Assembly: GCF_000014785.1 (NCBI RefSeq)
Contig: NC_008340.1
Span: 1,650,001-1,682,000 of the forward strand
Origin: Alkalilimnicola ehrlichii MLHE-1
Lineage (GTDB): Bacteria > Pseudomonadota > Gammaproteobacteria > Nitrococcales > Halorhodospiraceae
Length of the DNA: 32,000 bases
Reading direction: 5' to 3'
Both the position numbers and the translations under genes were made by a program. This document shows, in pieces, positions 10,249 through 19,276 of the stretch. Below the pieces are notes generated by a model. It was not told the DNA's origin, ran no database searches, and saw only the letters and a program-made list of their open reading frames with translations. The stretch's first letter is position 1, and each line of letters begins with the position of its first letter.

Positions 10249-10336
10249 GCGGCCGGATTGACTGAAAAAACAAGGCACTCATGCCATACTCCTCTGGTCA
10301 GACATGACCATCCCAAAAAGAAGGCAGGGAGGTACG

Positions 10337-13081
10337 ATGAGCGATTCATTCAACGCCCGCGGCACTCTGGAAGTCGGAGGGAGATCCTACGAGATCTTCC
10401 ACTTCGACGGCCTGAGAAAGCACTTTGATATTGATCGCCTCCCCTATTCCTTGAAGGTTCTGATGGAGAACCTGTTGCGCAAGGAAGATGGAGTCAACGT
10501 CACCCGAGAACACATCGAGGCCCTGGCCAACTGGGACCCGAAGAGCAAACCCAAGGACCAGATCGGCTTCACCCCGGCCCGCGTCGTCCTTCAGGACTTC
10601 ACCGGCGTGCCGGCGGTGGTGGACTTGGCCGCTATGCGCGATGCCATGAAGTCCATGGGGCGCGATCCCAACCTGATCAATCCGCTGTCCCCGGTGGACC
10701 TGGTCATTGATCACTCCGTGATGGTGGACCACTTCGGCAGCCCCGAAGCGCTGGGGCTCAACACCAAGATCGAGTTTCAGCGCAACGGCGAGCGCTACGA
10801 GTTTCTGCGCTGGGGCCAGAAGGCCTTTTCCAACTTCCGGGTGGTGCCCCCGGGTACCGGCATCGTTCACCAGGTCAACTTGGAGTACCTGGGCCAGGTG
10901 GTCTTCACCCGCGAGGAGGACGGCGTCCTGCGCGCCTATCCGGACACCCTGGTCGGCACCGATTCCCACACCACCATGATCAATGGCCTGGGCGTACTGG
11001 GCTGGGGCGTGGGCGGCATCGAGGCCGAGGCGGCCATGCTCGGGCAGCCCATCTCCATGCTCATCCCCGAGGTGGTGGGCGTGCGCCTGACCGGCAAGCT
11101 GGCCGAGGGGGCCACTGCCACCGACCTGGTGCTTACCGTCACCGAGATGCTGCGTAAGCACGGGGTTGTGGGCAAGTTCGTGGAATTCTTCGGCGACGGC
11201 TTGGACCACCTGCCGCTGGCCGACCGGGCCACTATCGGCAACATGGCGCCCGAGTACGGGGCCACCTGCGGCATCTTCCCCATCGACCGGGAGACCCTCA
11301 ACTACCTGGAGCTCTCCGGCCGGGACGCCGAACAGATCGAGCTGGTGGAGGCCTACGCCAAGCGGGTGGGCCTGTGGCGTGAGACCGGAGCCCGCGAGGC
11401 GGAGTACTCCGCGGTGCTGGATCTGGATCTCAGCTCCGTCGTACCCAGCATCGCCGGCCCCAAGCGCCCGCAGGACCGCATCCCGCTGGACCGGGCCAAG
11501 GTGGCCTTCCTCGACACCCTCGACCAGTACCTGGAGCAGCACCACTCGGCGCCTGCCAACAAGGACGAGGAGCGCTTCGAGGGTGAAGGCGGCCACGCTG
11601 CACCGGGGGTGGACGACGCCCACGAGAAGGGCGCGGTCGAGTACGAGATGGATGGCGAGAAGCACCTCCTGAAGCACGGCTCGGTGGTCATTGCCGCTAT
11701 CACCTCCTGCACCAACACCTCCAACCCGGCGGTACTGCTGGCGGCGGGGCTGGTGGCCAAGAAGGCCGCCGAAAAAGGCCTGAAGCCCAAGCCCTGGGTG
11801 AAGACCAGTCTGGCGCCCGGCTCCCAGGTGGTGCCCGCCTACCTGGAGCGGGCCGGTCTGCTCAAGCCGCTGGAGGCCCTGGGCTTCCATGTGGTCGGCT
11901 TTGGCTGCACCACCTGTATCGGCAACGCCGGTCCGCTGCCCGAGCCGATCCAGAACGCCGTCCGCGAGGGTGACCTGTGCGTCTCCTCGGTGCTCTCCGG
12001 CAACCGTAACTTCGAGGGTCGCATCCACGGCGATGTGCGCACCAACTACCTGGCCTCGCCGCCGCTGGTGGTGGCCTATGCCCTGGCCGGCAACATGGCG
12101 GTGGATCTTTACAAGGAGCCGCTGGGCCATGACCAGGACGGCAACCCCGTCTATCTCAAGGACGTCTGGCCGTCCCAGCAGGAAGTGGCCGAACTGGCCC
12201 AGAAGCACATCACCTCGCAGATATACCGCGACAAGTACGCCGATGTCTTCAAGGGTGATGAAACCTGGCAGGCCATCAAGGTGACCGGTGGTGAGCTGTA
12301 CGACTGGCAGCCCTCCACCTACGTCAAGAACCCGCCCTACTTCGAGGGCATGGCCGCCGAGGCCCAGGGTTCGGCGGCGATCGAGGATGCCCGCTGCCTG
12401 GTCTACGTGGGCGATTCCATCACCACTGACCACATCTCACCCGCCGGCGCCATCCACCCGGAGAGCCCCGCGGGCCACTACCTGCGAGAGCAGGGCGTGG
12501 AGCCGAAGGACTTCAACTCCTATGGCTCCCGCCGGGGCAATCACGAGATCATGATGCGTGGCACCTTCGCCAACGTGCGCCTGCGCAACAAGATGGCCCC
12601 CGGGACCGAAGGAGGGTGGACCACCCATGTGCCCAGCGGCGAGCAGATGTTCATCTACGATGCCGCCATGAAGTACAGGCAGGAGGGGACCCCGCTGGTG
12701 GTCCTGGCCGGCAAGGAATACGGCACCGGCTCCTCCCGTGACTGGGCGGCCAAGGGCACCAATCTGCTGGGTATCCGCGCGGTTATCGCGGAAAGCTTCG
12801 AGCGTATCCACCGCTCCAACCTGGTGGGCTTCGGCGTCCTGCCGCTACAGTTCAAGGAGGGCGACAGCGCCGAGGGCCTGGGTCTGACCGGCCAGGAGGC
12901 CTTCTCCATCAGCTCCCTGGAGGGCGACCCGGAGACTGTGGAGGTGAAGGCCGAGGGGGCGAACGGAACCACCACCTTCGAGGCGTTGGTTCGCATCGAC
13001 ACCCCGAAGGAGTGGGACTACTTCCGCAACGGCGGCATCCTGCATTACGTTCTGCGGCAGCTGGCCGCCAAGGCGGCTTGA
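10337..13081 (+). CDS. acnA: Aconitate hydratase A
   Basis: The product is 914 aa from [21 protein letters not shown], with GGAGG 5 nt upstream of the ATG at 10337. The IRP/AcnA family motifs [12 protein letters not shown] and [13 protein letters not shown] are present. The track ORF start at 10304 adds 11 residues with no SD. Confidence 0.95.
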   Translation: MSDSFNARGTLEVGGRSYEIFHFDGLRKHFDIDRLPYSLKVLMENLLRKEDGVNVTREHIEALANWDPKSKPKDQIGFTPARVVLQDFTGVPAVVDLAAMRDAMKSMGRDPNLINPLSPVDLVIDHSVMVDHFGSPEALGLNTKIEFQRNGERYEFLRWGQKAFSNFRVVPPGTGIVHQVNLEYLGQVVFTREEDGVLRAYPDTLVGTDSHTTMINGLGVLGWGVGGIEAEAAMLGQPISMLIPEVVGVRLTGKLAEGATATDLVLTVTEMLRKHGVVGKFVEFFGDGLDHLPLADRATIGNMAPEYGATCGIFPIDRETLNYLELSGRDAEQIELVEAYAKRVGLWRETGAREAEYSAVLDLDLSSVVPSIAGPKRPQDRIPLDRAKVAFLDTLDQYLEQHHSAPANKDEERFEGEGGHAAPGVDDAHEKGAVEYEMDGEKHLLKHGSVVIAAITSCTNTSNPAVLLAAGLVAKKAAEKGLKPKPWVKTSLAPGSQVVPAYLERAGLLKPLEALGFHVVGFGCTTCIGNAGPLPEPIQNAVREGDLCVSSVLSGNRNFEGRIHGDVRTNYLASPPLVVAYALAGNMAVDLYKEPLGHDQDGNPVYLKDVWPSQQEVAELAQKHITSQIYRDKYADVFKGDETWQAIKVTGGELYDWQPSTYVKNPPYFEGMAAEAQGSAAIEDARCLVYVGDSITTDHISPAGAIHPESPAGHYLREQGVEPKDFNSYGSRRGNHEIMMRGTFANVRLRNKMAPGTEGGWTTHVPSGEQMFIYDAAMKYRQEGTPLVVLAGKEYGTGSSRDWAAKGTNLLGIRAVIAESFERIHRSNLVGFGVLPLQFKEGDSAEGLGLTGQEAFSISSLEGDPETVEVKAEGANGTTTFEALVRIDTPKEWDYFRNGGILHYVLRQLAAKAA

Positions 13082-13148
13082 CCGCCCCCTGCATGGCGGG
13101 CCCTCTCCGGCCCGTCCCGCCTGACCGCCCATAAGGTGTGTCAACACA

Positions 13149-13172
13149 GGGGCCCTTCGGGGCCCCTTTTTT
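13149..13172 (+). terminator. Intrinsic terminator downstream of acnA
   Basis: The 7-bp stem GGGGCCC-TTCG-GGGCCCC is followed by TTTTTT (13167-13172). Confidence 0.85.
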
Positions 13173-13217
13173 CCACGCTCCCCTCAACCCGGCGGCCTGC
13201 CGGCCGATAGTGGGGGT

Positions 13218-14192
13218 ATGAATACCCGTTCTCCGATCCGTTCCCTGGTTTGCGCTGCACTGCTGGTGGCACCCCTCGCCGTGCCGGCCACGGCCCGGGC
13301 GGGGAGCGACTACCTGGCGACCCCCCACCAATCCCGCTGGAATGCGGTCTCCGCGACCCATGGCTGCCATCTGGTCCACCGGATCCCGCGTTTCGCCACC
13401 GTGCTGGTCAGCCAGTCAGCGGAACAGCGGCTGGTGCTCAGTCTCTACTTGGAGCGCCCCCTGACCGAGTCCCGCACCGCTGAACTGGCCGTCCGCAACC
13501 CCGCCTGGCGGGATGACTACGAGGAGACCCTGGCCACGGTGGAACTGCAACCGGGGCGGCGGGCCATCACCTTGGGGCATTACGACACCCAGCACCTGTT
13601 GACCCGATTGGAGCAGGGCCGGCAGCCGGCGCTGACCCTGGTCGGCTGGTACTCCGAAGACCCGGTGCGCGTCGGCCTCTCCCCGGTGGCCTTCCGGAAC
13701 GCCTATGAGGATTTCCTGGCCTGTACCGCGCACCGGGACGGGGACGCCGCCATGGCAACCGGAGACGCCGCGGGGCCCCTGCCGGACTGGGCCCGCCAGG
13801 GCCATGAGACCGCCGGCACCGGCGCCCCGGACGACGACACCGTGCCACTGCCTGCCGCACCAGGGGCCACCGTCTACTTCGGTTTCGATCACGCCGGCCT
13901 GACCCGCACCGCGAAGGACGCCCTGGCGCGGTTCGCCAACCAGGCCGGCGATGATCCGCACCTGCAGGTCATCGTGGCCGTGGGCCATACGGACAGCGCC
14001 GGCCCAGCCGATTACAATGAGCGCCTGGGTGCCCGCCGGGCGGAGGCGGTCCGAGCGGAGCTGATGCGCCGGGGGATAGCGGATGAGCGCATCCGGTTGC
14101 GCAGTCTGGGTGAGCGCCAGCCGGCCATGGCCGAGGACGATGGCTACGGCCGGGCCGCCAACCGACGGGTGGAGGTCAGAGCCGAGTACTGA
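13218..14192 (+). CDS. OmpA-family peptidoglycan-binding protein with a MotY-like N-terminal domain (putative flagellar stator-associated protein)
   Basis: The signal peptide is MNTRSPIRSLVCAALLVAPLAVPATARA. The N-terminal domain pattern Y-x-A-T-P-x-x-S-x-W...C-x-L-x-H-x-I-P-x-F matches my recollection of MotY_N. The C-terminus is a classical OmpA_C domain (VYFGFDHAGL...NERLGARRAEAV...NRRVEV). The OmpA call is firm (about 0.85) and the MotY assignment is about 0.5. Confidence 0.8.
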   Translation: MNTRSPIRSLVCAALLVAPLAVPATARAGSDYLATPHQSRWNAVSATHGCHLVHRIPRFATVLVSQSAEQRLVLSLYLERPLTESRTAELAVRNPAWRDDYEETLATVELQPGRRAITLGHYDTQHLLTRLEQGRQPALTLVGWYSEDPVRVGLSPVAFRNAYEDFLACTAHRDGDAAMATGDAAGPLPDWARQGHETAGTGAPDDDTVPLPAAPGATVYFGFDHAGLTRTAKDALARFANQAGDDPHLQVIVAVGHTDSAGPADYNERLGARRAEAVRAELMRRGIADERIRLRSLGERQPAMAEDDGYGRAANRRVEVRAEY

Positions 14193-14209
14193 ATCTGCAA
14201 GGAGCCGCC

Positions 14210-14635
14210 ATGCCGCGCATCCACATCGACTTGCCCGATACCTTCGTCTACTCGACCGAGATCTCGGTGCGGATCACCGACATCAACTACGGCGGTCACC
14301 TGGGTAACGACAGTCTGGTCTCGCTGCTGCATGAGGCACGGGCCCGGTTTCTCCAGCAGCACGGATTCAGCGAGCTGTCGGTAGGCGGCGCGGGGATCAT
14401 CGTGGCGGATGCCGCCGTGGTCTACCAGGCGGAGGCCTTTTTTGGCGACCGCCTGCGGGTGGAGATCGGCGGGCAGGACTTCTCCCGGGTGGGCGGCGAC
14501 CTGGTCTACCGGGTCAGCAACGTGGAGGGCGGCCGGGAGGTGGCCCGCGCCAAAACCGGCATCGTCTTCTTCGACTACGGAAAGCGCAAGGTCCGCGGGG
14601 CACCGCCCGAGTTCCGGGCGCTTTTCGAGGCCTGA
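14210..14635 (+). CDS. Hotdog-fold acyl-CoA thioesterase (4HBT/YbgC-like)
   Basis: At 141 aa its size and pattern are typical of 4HBT-type thioesterases (ISVRITDINYGGHLGNDSLVSLLHEAR ... VVYQAEAFFGDRLRVEI). An AAGGAG SD lies upstream. Confidence 0.75.
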   Translation: MPRIHIDLPDTFVYSTEISVRITDINYGGHLGNDSLVSLLHEARARFLQQHGFSELSVGGAGIIVADAAVVYQAEAFFGDRLRVEIGGQDFSRVGGDLVYRVSNVEGGREVARAKTGIVFFDYGKRKVRGAPPEFRALFEA

Positions 14636-14656
14636 TCCGCCGCCGCCCGGGGGCAG

Positions 14657-15448
14657 TCAATCGGGCTTGGACTCGTCCGCCTTAACCGCCTGCCAGTGGG
14701 CCTCCAGGCGATCCAGCCCGACGCTAGCCGGGTCCTCGGTATCGTGTCCCAGGGCCTCCTCCAGGCTGCGAAACCGGCGCTCGAACTTATCACCGGCCTT
14801 CTGCACCGCCGTCTCCGGGTCCACCTTCAGGTGGCGGGCCAGGTTGACGGTCGCGAACAGCAGATCACCCAGTTCCTCCTCAAAGCGCTCGGGCCCCGCG
14901 CCCTGCGCCATCTCCTCTGCCAGTTCGTCGGCCTCCTCCCGCACTTTGGCCAACGGCCCGGCCGGGTCGTCCCAGTCAAAGCCCAAACGCGCGGCGCGCG
15001 ACTGCAGCTTGCGGGCCCGTACCAGCCCGGGCAGGCCGGAGGTGATGCCGTCCATTACGCTCTGGTGCTCCGGCTCCCCCTTTTCGGCCCGCTCCTCGGC
15101 CTTGATCGCCTCCCAGGACCGGCGCACCGCCTCCGGATCGTCCGCCCGATCTTCCCCGAAGACGTGGGGGTGGCGGCGCACCAGCTTGTCGCTGATGCTG
15201 CGGGCCACATCCTCGAAGGTGAAAAAGCCCTCTTCCTCCGCCATGCGGGCGTGAAACACCACCTGCAGCAACAGGTCGCCCAGTTCATCCTGCAGATCGG
15301 CCATGTCCCCGCGGCGGATGGCCTCCGCCACTTCATAGGCCTCCTCCAGCGTGTAGGGGGCGATGGAGGCAAAGTCCTGGGCCAGATCCCAGGGACAGCC
15401 GCGCTCCGGATCGCGTAACGCGGCCATGATGGCCAGCAGACGGTTCAT
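14657..15448 (-). CDS. mazG: Nucleoside triphosphate pyrophosphohydrolase MazG
   Basis: From MNRLLAIMAALRDPERGCPWDLAQDFASIAPYTLEEAYEVAEAI the product is 263 aa, the same length and start as E. coli MazG. It has two MazG repeats with EExxE motifs. The track ORF start at 15535 would add 29 residues not seen in homologs. Confidence 0.9.
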   Translation of the reverse strand: MNRLLAIMAALRDPERGCPWDLAQDFASIAPYTLEEAYEVAEAIRRGDMADLQDELGDLLLQVVFHARMAEEEGFFTFEDVARSISDKLVRRHPHVFGEDRADDPEAVRRSWEAIKAEERAEKGEPEHQSVMDGITSGLPGLVRARKLQSRAARLGFDWDDPAGPLAKVREEADELAEEMAQGAGPERFEEELGDLLFATVNLARHLKVDPETAVQKAGDKFERRFRSLEEALGHDTEDPASVGLDRLEAHWQAVKADESKPD

Positions 15449-15534
15449 CGGTTCCAACGTGTTACCTCCCGTGAGGGTGGCGCGGGACTGCTGCGACATG
15501 GCCAAGGGACGCGCCCCCTTTCCGTGCTGCAGCA

Positions 15535-15563
15535 TTGACAGGCTGCTGCGCCCCCCCTAGCTT
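15535..15563 (+). promoter_or_regulatory. Candidate promoter for the TetR gene (TTGACA - 17 nt - TAGCTT)
   Basis: A perfect -35 lies at 15535-15540 and a weak -10 at 15558-15563. Confidence 0.3.
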
Positions 15564-15579
15564 CCAAGTAAAGAACAAT

Positions 15580-15600
15580 TTACAGGTGACTCACGTGTCA
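15580..15600. promoter_or_regulatory. Candidate TetR operator: 21-bp imperfect palindrome TTACAGGTGA-C-TCACGTGTCA
   Basis: 8 of 10 positions are symmetric around C15590. It lies 24 nt upstream of the TetR start codon and just downstream of the candidate promoter, the typical position for autoregulation. Confidence 0.35.
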
Positions 15601-15623
15601 GGCCGCCGCCAGGAGATCCGATA

Positions 15624-16253
15624 ATGAATCAACGTATAGGCCCTGTCACCGCCCGTGGGCAGAAGACCCGCCAGGCACTGTTGGATGCCGCCTGCGAGGA
15701 GTTCGGCACCAAGGGATTCTACAACGCCTCCATCAGCAGCATCACCCGCCGGGCCGGGGTGGCCCAAGGCACCTTTTATCTCTATTACCGCTCCAAGGAA
15801 GAGATCCTCCGCGCCCTGGTCGAGCACATGAACCGCAGCATGCGCCGCACCCAGAGTGAGGCGGTGCAAGACGCCAGCGACCGAATCAGCGCGGAGATCC
15901 AGGGCTTCCGCCACTTCATGCGGTTTGCCCTGCGCCACCGTTCGCTCTACCGGGTGGTGATGGAGTCCCAGTTCGTCGACCCGCGCATCCACCGCGATTA
16001 TTACCAGACGTTGGCCGAGCGTTATGCCAGGCACCTGGCGAAGGCCCAGGCCAACGGCGAGATTCGGGAGGGAGATCCGGGCACGCAGGCCTGGGCGCTC
16101 ATCGGCATCGCCTACTTCATGGGATTGCGCTTTCCGGTCTGGGAGGAGCGCGAGCCACCCGATGAGGTCATGGACACCCTGGAGGATTTCATCACCGCCG
16201 CCCTGCGCCCCGACCCCGCGGCCCCCTCCGCGGAGGAGCGGCCGCCGGGGTGA
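15624..16253 (+). CDS. TetR/AcrR-family transcriptional regulator
   Basis: The N-terminal HTH is RQALLDAACEEFGTKGFYNASISSITRRAGVAQGTFYLYYRSKEEIL. The product is 209 aa and an AGGAG SD lies 9 nt upstream. Confidence 0.9.
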   Translation: MNQRIGPVTARGQKTRQALLDAACEEFGTKGFYNASISSITRRAGVAQGTFYLYYRSKEEILRALVEHMNRSMRRTQSEAVQDASDRISAEIQGFRHFMRFALRHRSLYRVVMESQFVDPRIHRDYYQTLAERYARHLAKAQANGEIREGDPGTQAWALIGIAYFMGLRFPVWEEREPPDEVMDTLEDFITAALRPDPAAPSAEERPPG

Positions 16254-16259
16254 CAACGG

Positions 16260-16295
16260 CCCCTGAGCCGGCCCAGGCCGGGCCAGGCTCAGGGG
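16260..16295. terminator. Strong GC hairpin in the TetR/GST convergent junction (possible bidirectional terminator, no U-tract)
   Basis: The 10-bp perfect stem CCCCTGAGCC / GGCTCAGGGG has a 16-nt loop that can pair further (GGCCC/GGGCC). It overlaps the GST stop codon. Confidence 0.45.
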
Positions 16296-16975
16296 GCGTC
16301 GCGCTTGAAGAGATGATAACGCGCCTCGTCATCCAGCTCCTCCGGGGCCCGGCGCCTGTCCTGCAGCACAGCCATGCCCCGTTGCACCGCCAGACGCCCA
16401 TCCAGACGTGCCTTCCAGGCTGACAGGGCCGGGTAGTCCGCCACCGCCAGCCCCTGGGAGGCGTGGCTGCAGACCCAGGGGTAGATGGCGATATCCGCAA
16501 CGCTGTACTCAGCACTCATCCAGTCGCGCCCGGCCAGGTGACGGTCCAGCACCCGGTAGAGCCGCTGCGCCTCCCGGGTATAGCGCTGCACCGCGTAGTC
16601 GATCCGCTCCGGGGCATACTGCCGGAAGTGGTGGGCCTGGCCCAGCATGGGGCCCAGGCTGCCCATCTGGAACATCAACCACTGCAGGGTCTCCCAACGT
16701 GCCCGTGGCGCGGCGGGGATCAGCGCCCCCGCCTTCTCGGCCAGGTAGAGGAGGATGGCGCCGGACTCGAACAGGCGCAGCGGCTCGCCGTCGGGGCCGT
16801 CGGGGTCCTCGATGGCGGGGATCTTATTGTTGGGGCTGACCTGGAGGAACGCCTTCTCGAACTGCGCCCCGGCGGTGATATCCACGGGGATCACGCGGTA
16901 CGGCAGACCCAATTCCTCCAGGGCGATATGCACCTTCTGCCCGTTCGGGGTGGGCCAGGTATAGAGATCGATCAT
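16289..16975 (-). CDS. yfcG: Glutathione S-transferase, Nu-class, YfcG-like
   Basis: The sequence MIDLYTWPTPNGQKVHIALEELGLPYRVIPVD...VSPNNKIPAIEDPDGPDGEPLRLFESGAILLYLAEKAG...LQWLMFQMGSLGPMLGQAHHF closely parallels E. coli YfcG. Confidence 0.85.
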   Translation of the reverse strand: MIDLYTWPTPNGQKVHIALEELGLPYRVIPVDITAGAQFEKAFLQVSPNNKIPAIEDPDGPDGEPLRLFESGAILLYLAEKAGALIPAAPRARWETLQWLMFQMGSLGPMLGQAHHFRQYAPERIDYAVQRYTREAQRLYRVLDRHLAGRDWMSAEYSVADIAIYPWVCSHASQGLAVADYPALSAWKARLDGRLAVQRGMAVLQDRRRAPEELDDEARYHLFKRDAP

Positions 16976-16984
16976 GGGGACACC

Positions 16985-17004
16985 TTTCGTCTTGTTTCGT
17001 CTTG
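16985..17004. repeat. Perfect tandem duplication TTTCGTCTTG x2 in the GST leader
   Basis: The units lie at 16985-16994 and 16995-17004. On the minus strand the repeat abuts the SD (AAAGGTG) of the GST gene. Confidence 0.9.
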
Positions 17005-17020
17005 CGCGGCAGCGACGGGC

Positions 17021-17428
17021 TCAGGGGGTTGCCGGGCGCTCCGCCCCGTCGTTCAGCCAGGGCCGATAGAGGGCCCGGAGCAGTGGCGCCGGGTCCGGGG
17101 CCCGGGGGTCGGCCGCGGCCGCTTCACTGAGCGCTTCCGCCGAGAGCCGGGCGTGGACCAACCCGAGGTTGTGGCGGGCACGATAGTGCCCCGGATCAGC
17201 CACCAGCGCCTGCCGGTAGGCGGCCGCCGCACCGGGCCAGTCCCCCCGGTTGACCCGATGATTACCCAGCCGATACCAGAACGGCGCCTCGTCGGCGGCC
17301 TCTGGAACGGCGCCCGCTGGTCCGTCCAGTGGTGCCGGCGCCGGGGCCATTGTCGTGCACCCGGCCAGCAACCAGCCCAGGGACAACAGGCAGAGCACGC
17401 TGCGCGCACGGCGCTGATGCTTTATCAT
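17021..17428 (-). CDS. Small TPR-motif lipoprotein
   Basis: The internal start gives [24 protein letters not shown], a signal peptide with an L-A-G-C lipobox. A TPR-like segment follows ([43 protein letters not shown]). The upstream part of the 271-aa track ORF is antisense to ispG and was discarded. Confidence 0.6.
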   Translation of the reverse strand: MIKHQRRARSVLCLLSLGWLLAGCTTMAPAPAPLDGPAGAVPEAADEAPFWYRLGNHRVNRGDWPGAAAAYRQALVADPGHYRARHNLGLVHARLSAEALSEAAAADPRAPDPAPLLRALYRPWLNDGAERPATP

Positions 17429-17468
17429 CGGGATCCCCGCTATTTTTGCAGACCGCAACCAGAACACT

Positions 17469-18716
17469 ATGCCTGAGACCAGCAGCCAGCACCCGAGACG
17501 CCGCAGCGTGCCCGTGCCCGTAGGCCCGGTCACCATTGGCGGCAACCACCCCATCGTGGTCCAGTCGATGACCAACACCGATACCGCCGATGACATCCGC
17601 ACGGTGGTGCAGGTGGCCGAGCTGGCACGGGCGGGCTCGGAAATTGTCCGGCTCACCGTCAACAACGACGAAGCGGCGGCGGCGGTTCCGCACATCCGCG
17701 AGCGGCTGGATGCCATGGGCCTGGAGGTGCCCCTGGTCGGTGACTTCCACTTTAACGGCCACAAGCTGCTGGCGAAACACCCCGCCTGTGCCGAGGCATT
17801 GGCCAAGTTCCGCATCAACCCCGGCAATGTCGGCAAGGGCCGTCGCCGGGACCCGCAGTTTGCCGAGATGATCGAGTTCGCCTGTCGCTACGACAAGCCG
17901 GTACGCATCGGCGTCAACTGGGGCAGCCTGGACCAGGATCTGCTGGCCGCGATGATGGATGAGAATGCGGCTCTCCCCCGCCCGCTCCCACCGGAGCAGG
18001 TGATGAAGCAGGCGGTGATCGCCTCCGCACTGCAGAGCGCGGAGAAGGCCGAGGCCCTCGGCCTGCCACGGGAGCGGATCGTGCTCTCCTGCAAGATGTC
18101 CGGCGTCCAGGACTTGATCGAGGTCTACCGCGATCTCGCGGCCCGCTGCGACTACGCTCTGCACCTGGGCCTCACCGAGGCCGGTATGGGCTCCAAGGGC
18201 ATTGTCGCCTCCACTGCCGCGCTGGCGGTCCTGCTGCAGGAGGGGATCGGCGACACCATCCGGGTCTCCCTCACCCCGGAGCCGGACCAGCCCCGCACCG
18301 ACGAGGTGGTGGTTGCCCAGCAGATCCTGCAGACCATGGGCCTGCGCGCCTTCACCCCCATGGTCACCGCCTGCCCCGGCTGTGGCCGGACCACCAGCAC
18401 CTACTTCCAGGCGCTGGCCCGCGACATCCAGGCTCACGTCCAGCGGCGTATGCCGGAGTGGCGTCGTACCTATCCGGGGGTCGAGAACCTGACCCTGGCG
18501 GTGATGGGTTGCGTGGTCAACGGTCCGGGCGAGAGCCGGAACGCCGATATCGGCATCAGCCTGCCCGGTACCGGAGAACGGCCCGTGGCCCCGGTCTACG
18601 TGGATGGCGAGAAAACAGTGACCCTGAAGGGCGAGCGTATCGCCGAAGAGTTCCAGGCCATCGTCGAAGACTATATCGAGGACCGCTTCGGGCAGCAGCG
18701 GGCCGGCGACCGCTGA
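17469..18716 (+). CDS. ispG: 4-hydroxy-3-methylbut-2-en-1-yl diphosphate synthase (flavodoxin) IspG
   Basis: The motifs [24 protein letters not shown] and GCVVNGPGE (Fe-S cysteines) are present in a 415-aa product. Confidence 0.95.
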   Translation: MPETSSQHPRRRSVPVPVGPVTIGGNHPIVVQSMTNTDTADDIRTVVQVAELARAGSEIVRLTVNNDEAAAAVPHIRERLDAMGLEVPLVGDFHFNGHKLLAKHPACAEALAKFRINPGNVGKGRRRDPQFAEMIEFACRYDKPVRIGVNWGSLDQDLLAAMMDENAALPRPLPPEQVMKQAVIASALQSAEKAEALGLPRERIVLSCKMSGVQDLIEVYRDLAARCDYALHLGLTEAGMGSKGIVASTAALAVLLQEGIGDTIRVSLTPEPDQPRTDEVVVAQQILQTMGLRAFTPMVTACPGCGRTTSTYFQALARDIQAHVQRRMPEWRRTYPGVENLTLAVMGCVVNGPGESRNADIGISLPGTGERPVAPVYVDGEKTVTLKGERIAEEFQAIVEDYIEDRFGQQRAGDR

Positions 18717-18736
18717 ACGCCGCCCCTACCACGGCA

Positions 18737-18770
18737 GAACGCCCGGGACCGGGCCGGTCGCCGGGCGTTC
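18737..18770 (+). terminator. Long GC hairpin downstream of ispG (terminator candidate, no U-tract)
   Basis: The outer 10-bp stem GAACGCCCGG / CCGGGCGTTC encloses an inner 5-bp stem GACCG/CGGTC with one bulge. Confidence 0.4.
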
Positions 18771-18829
18771 CCTGGCTGATGGCCCGCGCTGGTCCGGCAT
18801 TGGGGCGCCGGGCCAGCGGGAAGGGCCGA

Positions 18830-19276
18830 TCAGTAGCTGAAGAAGCGGGTGTCCCCCTCCATGAAGGCGCCCACATCGTCGGGGGTGGCCACGCCCACGC
18901 CGTCGATCAGGTCCTCTTCGGTGAAGTCGGTGTTGGGCAGGAAGATGGCACAGACGTCCACCTGGACACCGGCCTGCATCAGGCCCTGCATGATCTGCTG
19001 GGCGGTGGCGTCGGGACCGGCCAGGGTCGGGCCATCGAAAGCGTTGGTGCCCATCACGCCGCCGTCACAGCAGAGCAGGATGCGGACCTCGGTACCCTGC
19101 TCCACCAGCTGCCGGGTCAGGATCATGGTCATGGCCTGGGCCTGCGGGCGATCGGTGTTCACGGTCACCAGCACCCGGTCGGCCTTCTCGTCCCCGTGGG
19201 AGGCGGCCGGCAGCGCCAGTGGGGCCAGGGCCAGGGCGAAGGTGGCGGCAATCAACAGACGTTTGATGTGTTGCAT
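18830..19276 (-). CDS. DsrE/DsrF-like sulfur-relay family protein with an N-terminal signal peptide
   Basis: The Sec-type leader is MQHIKRLLIAATFALALAPLALPAAS. The layout is DsrE/YchN-like (VLVTVNTD...GTEVRILLCCDGGV...MQAGVQVDVCAIFLPN...EDLIDGVGVATPDDV). The family call rests on pattern recognition only. Confidence 0.55.
   Translation of the reverse strand: MQHIKRLLIAATFALALAPLALPAASHGDEKADRVLVTVNTDRPQAQAMTMILTRQLVEQGTEVRILLCCDGGVMGTNAFDGPTLAGPDATAQQIMQGLMQAGVQVDVCAIFLPNTDFTEEDLIDGVGVATPDDVGAFMEGDTRFFSY

Noticed and set aside
10098-10349. 84-codon N-terminal extension of the acnB ORF in the track (start at 10349)
   Set aside because: AcnB homologs begin at [16 protein letters not shown]. 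The extension would run through the whole promoter region and overlap the acnA start. A GTG with an SD-like GAGGGTGA lies at 10097.
10346-12433. 695-aa ORF on the minus strand
   Set aside because: It is antisense to acnA and has no motifs.
14657-15623. mazG as part of a mazEF toxin-antitoxin locus
   Set aside because: The region upstream of mazG is a 175-bp divergent promoter region followed by a TetR gene. There are no small MazE/MazF-like ORFs.
17262-18437. 391-aa ORF on the minus strand
   Set aside because: It is antisense to ispG.
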